Source of the DNA: an uncultured virus (IMG/VR IMGVR_UViG_3300035183_001042)
Lineage: Duplodnaviria > Heunggongvirae > Uroviricota > Caudoviricetes
Length of the DNA stretch: 64,000 nt
Reading direction: 5' to 3' (one strand)
IMG/VR virus record: IMGVR_UViG_3300035183_001042
Shown here: positions 1 through 8,799 of the stretch, in pieces
Numbering within the stretch: the stretch's first letter is position 1
Layout of the letters: the number at the start of each line of letters is the position of its first letter
Notes under the pieces: generated by a model
Told to the model about the DNA's origin: nothing
Seen by the model: only the letters and a program-made list of their open reading frames with translations
Database searches by the model: none
Translations under genes and position numbers: made by a program

Positions 1-248
1 CGCATGGACGAGAGCGCCGGCAAGCGCCGTTCGACGCGTCTGCGCAAGGGCGCGCCGTGGCTCAAGCCAGTGCTGGTACAGTGCGCCTGGGGCGCGGCGC
101 GCACCAAGCGGACCTACACCCAGGCGCGTACCGACACCCAGGCGCGGACCGACGAAGACCGTCGTGGCGGTCGCCGCCACGATCCTCACGGCGGCCTAAT
201 ACATCATCCGGGACGGCGTGAGCTACCGCGAGCTCGGCCCAACCATCT
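1..248 (+). pseudogene. IS110-family transposase C-terminal remnant
   Basis: ESAGKRRSTRLRKGAPWLKPVLVQCAWGAART, then after a frameshift KTVVAVAATILTAA*YIIRDGVSYRELGP; these are typical IS110 C-terminal motifs. In-frame TAA at 197-199; ends abruptly at a G-rich repeat. Confidence 0.8.
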
Positions 249-321
249 GTGGGTAGGTGTGGGTAGGTGTAGGCGTGGGTAGGTGTAGGTGTGGGTAGGT
301 GTAGGTGTGGGTAGGTGTAGG
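249..321. repeat. G-rich tandem repeat of GTGGGTAGGT/GTAGGT units
   Basis: Directly visible: gtgggtaggtgtgggtaggtgtaggcgtgggtaggtgtaggt... Confidence 0.9.
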
Positions 322-370
322 GCAATGTATGGGAGGCGGCGCCGAGCGCCAGCGCCGCCCCCGCCCCCGC

Positions 371-526
371 AGGCACGATCGCGGGGGCCGCACTAAAATG
401 CAGCTGAAACCACAATAGTTTCGCTGAGTTATCACTTTCTCGCAAAGTACGGTTGACGATACGCACAGGCCGAGGCATAGTCACATCACCCAAGGCGCAC
501 TGAGCGCCGAGGACAGGAGAAGAGCC
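371..526 (+). promoter_or_regulatory. sigma70-like promoter and leader cassette, copy A
   Basis: TTGACG (453-458), 17-nt spacer, CATAGT (476-481). Blocks AGGCACGATCGCGGG, TGAGTTATCACTTTCT and ACATCACCCAAGGCGCAC recur inverted at 23651-23810. AGGAG RBS before ATG 527. Confidence 0.75.
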
Positions 527-1222
527 ATGGACGAGCTGTACATCGTCACCAAATCGGACGAAATGCTATTCGACGAGAACACCCCACTCCCCCCACCGGA
601 CACATACGGGGCTGAGTGGGTCGTCTGCGAGGCCAGGACCCCTAGCTTGGCCAGGGACTACTTCGAACTCGCCGAATGTGGCGAGATCGACCCCCACGAA
701 GAACTACGGCAGTACACTGCCGTGTTCCACGCCGGTCCAGCGGTGGACCGGCTCGTGCGACACCTGAAGGCTGGCGAGGCCGAGAGGCTCGCCAAAGAAG
801 ACGTCGCGGAGTCAATCCAATACTGGAGAGATAGGGCGGAAAAGCTGTGGCCCCTCACCGCTGAGGTGGCCCGTCCATACGTGGACGAGGAGTACCCGCC
901 ACGGCAAATGCCTGAGTACTGGGCAGCACTCCAGCGAGAGCTGGAGGACAGGATTGAAGAAGTCCGATCTGAGTACGCCGGTCGCGCGGCGCAGTACTGG
1001 GTAGCCCGCCGGGGGCTCCCCGGGAGCCACTACTTTGAGTACGAAGTCTGCGCCTCCGAGGAGGAGGCACAGACACTTGTGGACAAGTGGCGGTCCGAAG
1101 CCTCGAGCCAGGCAGAGCTCGAGGCAGCGCGGCAGGGCTCTGTGATCAGGGGCAGCGAGTGCCTCTGGGACGTCTGGGCGAATGGCCGCCTGATCTACAG
1201 GCGGCTCTTTGAGGTGATCTGA
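527..1222 (+). CDS. hypothetical acidic protein (early-like)
   Basis: 231-aa ORF with RBS, directly after the promoter cassette. Confidence 0.75.
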   Translation: MDELYIVTKSDEMLFDENTPLPPPDTYGAEWVVCEARTPSLARDYFELAECGEIDPHEELRQYTAVFHAGPAVDRLVRHLKAGEAERLAKEDVAESIQYWRDRAEKLWPLTAEVARPYVDEEYPPRQMPEYWAALQRELEDRIEEVRSEYAGRAAQYWVARRGLPGSHYFEYEVCASEEEAQTLVDKWRSEASSQAELEAARQGSVIRGSECLWDVWANGRLIYRRLFEVI

Positions 1223-1234
1223 TCCGCCCCGCCC

Positions 1235-1333
1235 CGCTGGGGGCGTTGGGCGCTGTAGGGGAGGCAGCGCCGAGCGCCCACGCGCTCAAGAGCATATCGG
1301 CGCACGGAGCGCCGAGGACAGGAGCAAGAGACA
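1235..1333 (+). promoter_or_regulatory. intergenic stem-loop plus repeated leader/RBS cassette
   Basis: 22-mer CGCTGGGGGCGTTGGGCGCTGT (1235-1256) is identical to the reverse complement of 23252-23273. Stem GGCGCTG/CAGCGCC. Leader GGCGCACGGAGCGCCGA-GGACAGGAG resembles 494-519. Confidence 0.7.
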
Positions 1334-1909
1334 ATGAGCACGAGTGAGATTGCAGACGAGACCGTTCCGAGCCTCCCCGAGACGTGGGACGCTGTGCAAG
1401 GTGGGAAGAGGATCACCGGATCTACATTCGCCGAAGTGCGCCCAGACTCGAGCGCGACTGGGCAGCGTATGCGCTGCCCGGACTGCGGCATGTGGTTCAG
1501 AGGGGCGTCAGAGGGGCGCATTCGCGCCGCCGTCAAGAAGCACCGCACAGGCGAAGAGTGCCGCGTGAAGTGGAGTTATCGACAGCTCCTGTGGGAAGGC
1601 TTTGTGCCGATCACTGTGGGTCGGTCGAAAACGCGCGACGATGTTCGCGCCGCGCTCGGGGCAAAGCGCGGGCCGGGATCGTATGTTCCTGGTGGACGCG
1701 GGAGAAGAGCACATACCTCAACTAGGGACTGGGCTCCGTATGCCCGCGTCCTCAAGTGGGAGTCGATCAAAAACGACAAGAGCAAGACCGTCGAGTCCGC
1801 GCATGACTGCGCGGAATTTGCGCGCATCGCATCCGAGCGCACGCGAGCGCTCGCGCTCAGGTCGTGGTCGACTGCGGAGGAGATCCGCAGGGCGCTGCGA
1901 TCGATGTAA
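1334..1909 (+). CDS. hypothetical protein with Zn-finger-like CPDC...H...C
   Basis: 191-aa ORF with RBS GGAG; RCPDCGMWF...KHRTGEEC. Confidence 0.65.
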   Translation: MSTSEIADETVPSLPETWDAVQGGKRITGSTFAEVRPDSSATGQRMRCPDCGMWFRGASEGRIRAAVKKHRTGEECRVKWSYRQLLWEGFVPITVGRSKTRDDVRAALGAKRGPGSYVPGGRGRRAHTSTRDWAPYARVLKWESIKNDKSKTVESAHDCAEFARIASERTRALALRSWSTAEEIRRALRSM

Positions 1910-1914
1910 TCGCT

Positions 1915-1962
1915 ATCGCTGAGGATCTTCTTTCAGGCCGCACCGCAGAATGGATGCGGTAA
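1915..1962 (+). pseudogene. 3' remnant of an Imm5-like paralog
   Basis: Translates IAEDLLSGRTAEWMR*, matching paralog ends IADDLLSGRSADWIR* and IADDMLKGHAADWMR*. Confidence 0.7.
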
Positions 1963-1978
1963 CCAAAATGAAAGTCAC

Positions 1979-2716
1979 ATGGATTACATTGTTTTCGTGA
2001 TTGACGACGCTATCTCCGAGCTCCCGAGCGAGCAGCAGAGTGCCTGGGCTGAGATCCAGCGCGGAGCACGCGATCCGCTCGACACGATCTCGCGTTGGAC
2101 AGATGAGCACCGACTCGCGGTCGCGGGCGCCCTGGCAGATTGGTCTCGCTCGCAGGGCGATGCACGCATCGTGCTGCGGAAGATCACTGCGTGGTCGCGC
2201 AAGTTGGGAGTGCTCCTCGCGTGTCGTGTGGCGCGCGAGGCACTGCGCTACGTGCCAGCAGGCGAGGACAGGCCGCTCCGCGCGATCGAAGCGGCCGAGC
2301 GGTGGGCCCGCCGGGAAGGTCCAGTGGAGGAGTGCTGGAGCGCCGCCGCCGAGGCGCGTAAAGCTGCCATCACAACCTACGCAGCCGCCAAAGACGCCGC
2401 AGGCGCCGCAGACGCCGCTGCCTCTGCCGCCGCCAAAGACGCCGCAGGCGCCGCAGACGCCGCTGCCTCTGCCGCCGCCTACGACGACGTCGACGACGCC
2501 GACGCCGCCGCCTGGAGCGCCGCCAACGCCGCCGACGCAGCATCTGCCGCCGACGCAGAAGCCGCAGCCTACGACGACGTCGAAGATCTCAACGGTTGGC
2601 GACGCGCGCTATACGCTGAGCTGCGCCGCCTGTGCGGCGTGATCGCCGAGTATCTGCTCTCGGGCAGCTCCGCTGACGCACTGTCCGCCCTCCTACTCGA
2701 CGGAGGGCGAAAATGA
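1979..2716 (+). CDS. Imm5-like Ala-rich paralog 1
   Basis: LACRVAREALRYVP..EDRPLRAIEAAERWARR followed by an Ala/Asp/Tyr-rich tract with a 45-bp tandem duplication (~2384-2478). Paralogous to 20204, 20871, 22355 and 29669. Confidence 0.75.
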   Translation: MDYIVFVIDDAISELPSEQQSAWAEIQRGARDPLDTISRWTDEHRLAVAGALADWSRSQGDARIVLRKITAWSRKLGVLLACRVAREALRYVPAGEDRPLRAIEAAERWARREGPVEECWSAAAEARKAAITTYAAAKDAAGAADAAASAAAKDAAGAADAAASAAAYDDVDDADAAAWSAANAADAASAADAEAAAYDDVEDLNGWRRALYAELRRLCGVIAEYLLSGSSADALSALLLDGGRK

Positions 2717-3265
2717 CTTTGGCCATCAGCCGCCCTGAGCTCGACTCGCTACCTGAGCGGGTAGCGCGATCCGCGCGCGAGCGGATCGCGCACATCGCCG
2801 CGCTGCCGAGCGCGAGCGAGGATTGCGCTCTCTCGCGCGCGGCCAGAGAGCTCCTCGCCTACGCCCGCACAGGGCGCGGCGGTGACTGGTCCAGTCCGGC
2901 CTCCGCGCGCGCGGCGCTGCGCGTGGTCTCGCTCGGATGCGTCGCGACGCTGGGCGAGGAGCCATCACCAGAGGACTGGGTCGATCGCGTCGATCTGAGT
3001 GGAGAGCTCGCCGAGATCGCCGAGGTGTGCCGCGCGGCGCTCGCGCGCGTGTGACCTCGCCGAGGGGCGCGCGGTGCCGAGGACGTGGCTCGCCTCGCTA
3101 GCGGGCGCGTCACGTAGCCTGATCAATAAGTGCGTCCGGCTTGGCGTCCTTGATGTGGCAGACCCGCGCGATCGCGCGAGCGGGTCCGGCAAGCCGTCGC
3201 GCGACGTCACATGCGATAGCGCTCGCAGGTGGTTGCGAGCGCGCGACGTGGAGGGCGTCGCGTGA
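2713..3265 (+). pseudogene. frameshifted copy of the 21569-22168 gene (possible HTH-like C-terminus)
   Basis: Near-identical to the minus-strand copy. An extra G (gtgtGacctc vs gtgtacctc) creates TGA at 3052-3054, and the remainder continues in another frame (RTWLASLAGASRSLINKCVRLG). Confidence 0.75.
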
Positions 3266-3573
3266 GCGTCGACGACGAGCCCGTCTCGACGTGGCACTAC
3301 ACTCTCGCGCGAATGCGCGTAGACCGCCGTCAAGTGATCGAAATCACTGTGCCCCGATCGCACGGCAGAGCTGGCTGCTATCGATTGTGGGATTACGTAC
3401 AGCCGAAATCGGCAGATAGCTCGCAAATAAAGTTGACTTTGGGACGAGCTTGGGATACCTGTTGACAGGTCGCAGTGCTGATAGCCGATAGTCGGATCGG
3501 GCTGCGACAAAGTCCACGCCTGTTGCGTGGATGCCCATTCTGCGTGGCAAATCGCAGAAGTTAGGAGTTTTCG

Positions 3574-5991
3574 GTGAAAATTGATCTAGTGGGACAGGTG
3601 TTCGTAGCGACGACCGCAGACCGCACCGAGGGGCAGCGACTCAAGGCGCTCGGTGGCTGGCGTTGGCACTCTGGGGCATGTGATGCGCGATTCTGCCAGG
3701 CGAATTGCCCAGCAAAGGGCGTCTACGGCTGGTGGACGACCGACCCGTCCGCTGCGGAACGGGTCAAGGGCGGTGGTGTCCACACGGCGGCTTCGCTCGC
3801 AGCGATCGAGGCCGCGAAGTCGGAGAAGAAGCCCGTACGCTCTCCGCGCATCGAGTTTCGCGGAGGCGTATTCGTGATCACAGACGCGGACCGCGAGGAG
3901 TCACGAGCGATCAGGGCGGCGTCTGGCGGCGACCAGCGATGGCGCTGGCACGGCGATGCCTGCAACCCCGAATTCTGCAGAGCGAATTGCCCTGCGAAGG
4001 GCGTTGTATCTAATTCGTGGTGGACGACCGACGTCGAACTCGTCCGCCCACTACGGGCGTTCCTGGGCGACTCGGCTCGTGTCGAGCTGGATCGGCGCGA
4101 TGACTCGCTGTCGCTCTCTCGGGCGACGAGCGATGCAAAAGCCAGCGAAATTCCTTGCCCTCAAGGCAAGGCGTACTTGCCATTTCAAGCCGCAGGGATC
4201 AGGTACGCAATGAGCCGCAGGTGCTCAATGATCGGCGACGAAATGGGCCTCGGGAAAACCGTGCAGGCGGTCGGAGTCGTCAATGCTGATACGAGCGCTC
4301 GCACGGTGCTGGTGATCTGCCCAGCGTTCCTCCGCGAGGTGTGGCGTCGCCACGCCATCGAGTGGTCTGTGCGCGAAACGCGTGTGGTCGTACTCGAAAC
4401 GGCTGCTGACGTCGCCAAGGCAAAAAAACAGGACCTTCTCACGCGAAATGGCGAGGAGACGCTGTGGGTCGTGATCAGCTACAGCGGCTGCCGTGCTGCT
4501 AGCTCAGTGGGCAAGCTCGTGCATGCCTCTGAGTCACTCTCCAGGATCGATGTATTGATCCTCGACGAGTCGCACCGCACAAAAGAGCGAGACACGCAGC
4601 AGAGCCAAGGCGCGATTGCTCTGAGCAAGCGCGCAACGAGGATCCTCGCACTCTCGGGGACGCCGATCCCAAACAGGCCAATCGAATTGGCAACGACGCT
4701 ATCAATGCTGGACCCGAAATTCGATTTCTGGCGATTCGCGAAGCGCTACTGCGCGGCCAGGCAAACCCGTTACGGATGGGACATGTCAGGAGCATCTAAC
4801 CTCGCGGAGCTGCAGCGAGAGCTCCGAGAAACTGTAATGATTCGCCGACTCAAGTCAGACGTCCTGCGAGAGCTGCCGAAGAAAAGCTGGTCGGTCGTGA
4901 CACTGCCGACCGAAGGCGTCCCTGCTCACCTGGTAAAGACCTCCAAGGACGAGAGCGATCGCGCAGCGAAAGCGCGAGCGACACGTGTCATTGCTGAGGC
5001 TGTCGGCGATACGGAATCAATCCGTATCGCTATCGAGGCAGAGCTGGCCGAGTACGCAGTGACTTTCGAGTGTCTTTCCTCGAATCGCGCAGAGCTTGGC
5101 AAGTACAAGGTCGAGGGAGCTATCAAGTACCTGGAGGGACTGACTAAGGACGAGTGCGTCATCGTATTTTGCCACCACAAGAGTGTGGCTCGTGCTATTT
5201 ACGATCGCCTCGGCGGAGAGAGGCATGGGATCTACATCGACGGCGATGTCGACAGCGAGGAGCGAGTTGATCGAGTCGATCAATTCCAAGGGTCCGATGA
5301 CCCTCAATTCAGGTACGTCGTCGCCACCATTGATAGTGCAAAGGAAGGTTTGACGATCACCCGCGCGTCACGCGTGGTATTCGTCGAGCAATCCTTCACG
5401 CCTGGCACAATGGCTCAGGCCGAGGACAGAGCACACCGAATCGGTCAAGAGCGGAGCGTCCAAGTCGACTACCTCGTGTTCGACGGAACAATCGACGCGT
5501 ATATGTGTAGGCTTCTCGTTCAGAAGCAGCGTATCTCTGCGGCCTCACTCGACGAAGAGCACTGCTACGACGAGGCGCAGCAGAACAATGTCGTGCTCCG
5601 CGAGAAGCCGTCGGCGGAGTTCGACGCGCACGATCCAGACGCCTATGCTGCTCGCGCTCGCGATTGGCAACGTCCTGAGCGCGAGACGCCAGAGCAGTAC
5701 GCCGCTCGAACTGCGGATCGACGCGGCGTCACGACGACGTACCAGCCGACCGCTGAGCAGATCGACGCCGTGCTCAAGGGCATGCGTCTGCTGACCGCAG
5801 ATGATCCAGACCGAGCAAATGTTGATAACGGAGTTGGATTCTCTAAGTCGGACGTGTACGTCGGTCACGCCATGGCGCGACTCGACACACTCTCACCCGA
5901 TCTCTGGGCGCTTGGAGCGACGCTCTGCAAGAAATACCGCAGACAGTTGGGCGACGATCTCGTCGAAGCGACGGGAATGTCGAACCTCTGA
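3574..5991 (+). CDS. SNF2-family (SMARCAL1/HARP-like) helicase
   Basis: GDEMGLGKT, DESH, LSGTP, EGLT and QAEDRAHRIGQ motifs; duplicated N-terminal Trp/Cys domain. Confidence 0.93.
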   Translation: MKIDLVGQVFVATTADRTEGQRLKALGGWRWHSGACDARFCQANCPAKGVYGWWTTDPSAAERVKGGGVHTAASLAAIEAAKSEKKPVRSPRIEFRGGVFVITDADREESRAIRAASGGDQRWRWHGDACNPEFCRANCPAKGVVSNSWWTTDVELVRPLRAFLGDSARVELDRRDDSLSLSRATSDAKASEIPCPQGKAYLPFQAAGIRYAMSRRCSMIGDEMGLGKTVQAVGVVNADTSARTVLVICPAFLREVWRRHAIEWSVRETRVVVLETAADVAKAKKQDLLTRNGEETLWVVISYSGCRAASSVGKLVHASESLSRIDVLILDESHRTKERDTQQSQGAIALSKRATRILALSGTPIPNRPIELATTLSMLDPKFDFWRFAKRYCAARQTRYGWDMSGASNLAELQRELRETVMIRRLKSDVLRELPKKSWSVVTLPTEGVPAHLVKTSKDESDRAAKARATRVIAEAVGDTESIRIAIEAELAEYAVTFECLSSNRAELGKYKVEGAIKYLEGLTKDECVIVFCHHKSVARAIYDRLGGERHGIYIDGDVDSEERVDRVDQFQGSDDPQFRYVVATIDSAKEGLTITRASRVVFVEQSFTPGTMAQAEDRAHRIGQERSVQVDYLVFDGTIDAYMCRLLVQKQRISAASLDEEHCYDEAQQNNVVLREKPSAEFDAHDPDAYAARARDWQRPERETPEQYAARTADRRGVTTTYQPTAEQIDAVLKGMRLLTADDPDRANVDNGVGFSKSDVYVGHAMARLDTLSPDLWALGATLCKKYRRQLGDDLVEATGMSNL

Positions 5992-6015
5992 CAGCAACGC
6001 CGACGCGAGGGAATA

Positions 6016-6933
6016 ATGAATACAAAGAAAACCGTCGCCAAGAAGTTGTCGGCCGCGCACAAGGCGGCGATCGCTGCCGCGATGAGGAATCCGATCAACC
6101 GACTCGTGTCCGAGTCGCCAGCCGAAGCAATGGCCGTGATCGCTCGATCGTTGGTTCAATCGATCAAGGCCGAACACATTGCAGCTGCCGCAGGAGTGTC
6201 ACGCACTGCGCTCTACAGGGACGTCATCCCTGGACTCGGCTGCTCGACCGCCGACGAGTTGCGAGACAAGCTCTTGTCGCACAATCTTGGCAAGACGCCT
6301 GCTGTTCCTCTGTTCTGGTGGCTGACGCCTCTCAGCGAAGCAGACGATGGACGGAAAACGGCCATGGCAGCCTGCGCTCAGGGCTCGGCCGATCAGTACG
6401 AATGCAGGATCGCCGCGAGCCTCTACTGGCACTGCTGGGCCTCCAAGCGTAACCCCTGGGGCCACCTCGGAGACGGGCCACACTGCGTCCACTTCCTGGA
6501 CCCAGTCGGCACTCTTTTCGGTATTCTCACGGACGTCGGCGCCACCGGCGTGCCTACGGACGACAAACTGCGCTCTGCACCTCGGGCTCTGATCGACTTC
6601 GCCGCGTACGTGGCCGAGGAGTGCTTGTTCGAAGATCGGCGGAAGGGGCAGGAAGCCATCGAGGGAGTAAGGCACAAGACGGCGTGCCGGCGGCTCACAA
6701 AGCTCGTTGAATTGGGCTTTGAGAGCGCGGCTCACGCGCTCGTGTCGAGTGCTGTTCGAACACCGTCCCTTGAGACGGCGCATGACCTGATCGTCACGGC
6801 GAGAGCGATGATGGATCGCGATGGTTATTGCCGCATGCATGAGGGTCTCAAACAGGAGACCACTGTTCCGACCATGAGCGAAGGTATCTACAAGATCCTC
6901 TCCGCGCTCGCGATTGGCATCGACGCACCGTGA
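6016..6933 (+). CDS. TetR-like HTH protein, possibly with a divergent Imm5-like domain
   Basis: IAAAAGVSRTALYR helix-turn-helix; LIDFAAYVAEECLFEDRRKGQEAIEGVR resembles the Imm5 core. Confidence 0.55.
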   Translation: MNTKKTVAKKLSAAHKAAIAAAMRNPINRLVSESPAEAMAVIARSLVQSIKAEHIAAAAGVSRTALYRDVIPGLGCSTADELRDKLLSHNLGKTPAVPLFWWLTPLSEADDGRKTAMAACAQGSADQYECRIAASLYWHCWASKRNPWGHLGDGPHCVHFLDPVGTLFGILTDVGATGVPTDDKLRSAPRALIDFAAYVAEECLFEDRRKGQEAIEGVRHKTACRRLTKLVELGFESAAHALVSSAVRTPSLETAHDLIVTARAMMDRDGYCRMHEGLKQETTVPTMSEGIYKILSALAIGIDAP

Positions 6934-7206
6934 TGGTCGAACTCTTCGTTCGCGGCAAGAAGGACCGAAAGTTGGTCTACTCTTTCTCTGTCGCCTGACG
7001 ACACGCGTAAACGCTCTCGCGCAACGTCACTCGAGCAGCCAACGTGGAACAGCCTGCGGAAACCGCGGACGACCCAGCGCCAGCGTCACCGCGTCCGCCG
7101 CGTGCTCGCCGCGTGCCTCGCCGCGTGCCTCGCCGCTCGCGGTGACGCGGGCGCTGCAGCACGCGAGCGCGACGCTGTACGCGCTCTCCTGACCATCGTG
7201 CATGGG

Positions 7207-8526
7207 CTAGCTGCCATTATTCGGCTTGCGCAACGCCTCCAAGTGTGCACGCAGCGCCTTCAAGAAGCGTGCGTTGAAGCGAAGCGTACTCCGCTCTGCT
7301 CTCGACAAGAACCCAGCGGTGGCTCGCTCGGACAGTGGCGTGACAGCATGGCGCAAGAACTCACGCACTCTCGGTCGCTGCTCGTTCTTGGGCCACTTCG
7401 TGATGCTCACCGCGACATGCACGACGCCGTCGTCTCCAGCCCACGCGGCATCTGGCCATGTTGCCTGCTCGCCGAGCGGTAAGTCATTCGACCCATCGTA
7501 CGTGCCTGGGTCGCGCAGCCGGTCGCCAACCCACCTCGCGAGCGGGACGCTCACCGCGTTGCCCACAAGTTTCCACCGCGGCGTGTTCTTCTGCGTCTGG
7601 TCGACAACGGCGCACGCTGTCCAGTCCTCTGGGAAACCCTGCATCCGCTCTGCATCGCGAATATCCGGAGTCCCGATCTCGTCGGTGTCGACGAACCAGA
7701 TTGCAGGCGGCGATGGGATGCCCACAGTCGAGCCACCTTTGAGCGTCGGCACCGCTTCGACGGCCCAGCCTAGACCTTTGAGCCCCTCGGTCCAGTAGAA
7801 GCCGTAGGCCTTCGGATCCTGCGGTTCTCGCGATTCGCCAGCTTCGTCAGCAAAGAGCACACGGCGCGGGTCCTCGGTCTTGGACGCGAGCAGCACCACA
7901 CGTTGACGACGCTGAGGCAGCCCGAACGATCGTGAGTCCACCACGCGGTACGCCCAGCGATAGCCGAGCCGCTTCAGCTCCGATGCGAGGTAGCACATCG
8001 CTGCGCCCTTATCGAGCTGGAGCATGAATGGGACGTTCTCAAGCATCACCCACTTGGGGTTGCTCGACCTCATCAGGCGAAACACATGACTTACGAGCCC
8101 TGAGCGACTTCCGGTGATGCCCGCAGTTCGCCCTGCTTGGCTCAAGTCTTGGCACGGAAAGCCGGCGGCCAATAGATCGACCTTGGGCAGGTCTTCGAGC
8201 GTTTGGACGTCGTTGTGGAGCGTGACGCTCGGGAACTGCGTCCGCAGCACTCGACACGCAGACGGTTCGATCTCGCACAGCAGCACGCTTTTGTGTCCTG
8301 CGGCGTGCAGTCCGAGCTCGATCCCACCGATGCCCGCGAAGAGTCCGACCACGTCAAGGATCGCTCCTTCGGATGCCGTAGCGCATGCGGCCTGTGTGAC
8401 GTGCGTGTGGTCGCTCGCAACGCCGCTTTCGACTTCCAAATCGAGATGAGCCGCGACGGGCTGCTTTCGTGCGCGAGGCGCTGCGTTAGGTGCGCGTTTG
8501 ACCGACTTGCTAGTTATCTTGATCAT
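7207..8526 (-). CDS. dcm: DNA (cytosine-5) methyltransferase
   Basis: LFAGIGG, GFPCQDLS, ENV, PQRRQRV and GNAV motifs; RBS AGGAG upstream. Confidence 0.95.
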   Translation of the reverse strand: MIKITSKSVKRAPNAAPRARKQPVAAHLDLEVESGVASDHTHVTQAACATASEGAILDVVGLFAGIGGIELGLHAAGHKSVLLCEIEPSACRVLRTQFPSVTLHNDVQTLEDLPKVDLLAAGFPCQDLSQAGRTAGITGSRSGLVSHVFRLMRSSNPKWVMLENVPFMLQLDKGAAMCYLASELKRLGYRWAYRVVDSRSFGLPQRRQRVVLLASKTEDPRRVLFADEAGESREPQDPKAYGFYWTEGLKGLGWAVEAVPTLKGGSTVGIPSPPAIWFVDTDEIGTPDIRDAERMQGFPEDWTACAVVDQTQKNTPRWKLVGNAVSVPLARWVGDRLRDPGTYDGSNDLPLGEQATWPDAAWAGDDGVVHVAVSITKWPKNEQRPRVREFLRHAVTPLSERATAGFLSRAERSTLRFNARFLKALRAHLEALRKPNNGS

Positions 8527-8799
8527 CGGTGAGCGCTCCTGTGTGTCGAGCGCGGTTGGTGCGGTGCGCTTGAGCTAGGCTGGTACTGTGCTGCGAATTT
8601 CGCGCTCGATTGAGTGATTCGGTCGAGCCGGCGGGCAACGATCGCCACGGTCCGCGCGCATACACATAACCCCAGCTTCGGGTTCCAGTTCAGCAGCCCG
8701 TTCTCGGCCTCGATGGTTGGAATTCATGGGTCGAGTTCGAGTATGCTTCAAGGTCGCCGCTGGGGGAGGAGCGATCTCCGGATCGATGGGATCGATCGG

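Noticed and set aside
5989..6018. Readthrough fusion of the helicase with ORF 6016
   Set aside because: The two are in frame, but 6016 has its own GAGGGA RBS and the helicase ends with a complete C-terminal domain.
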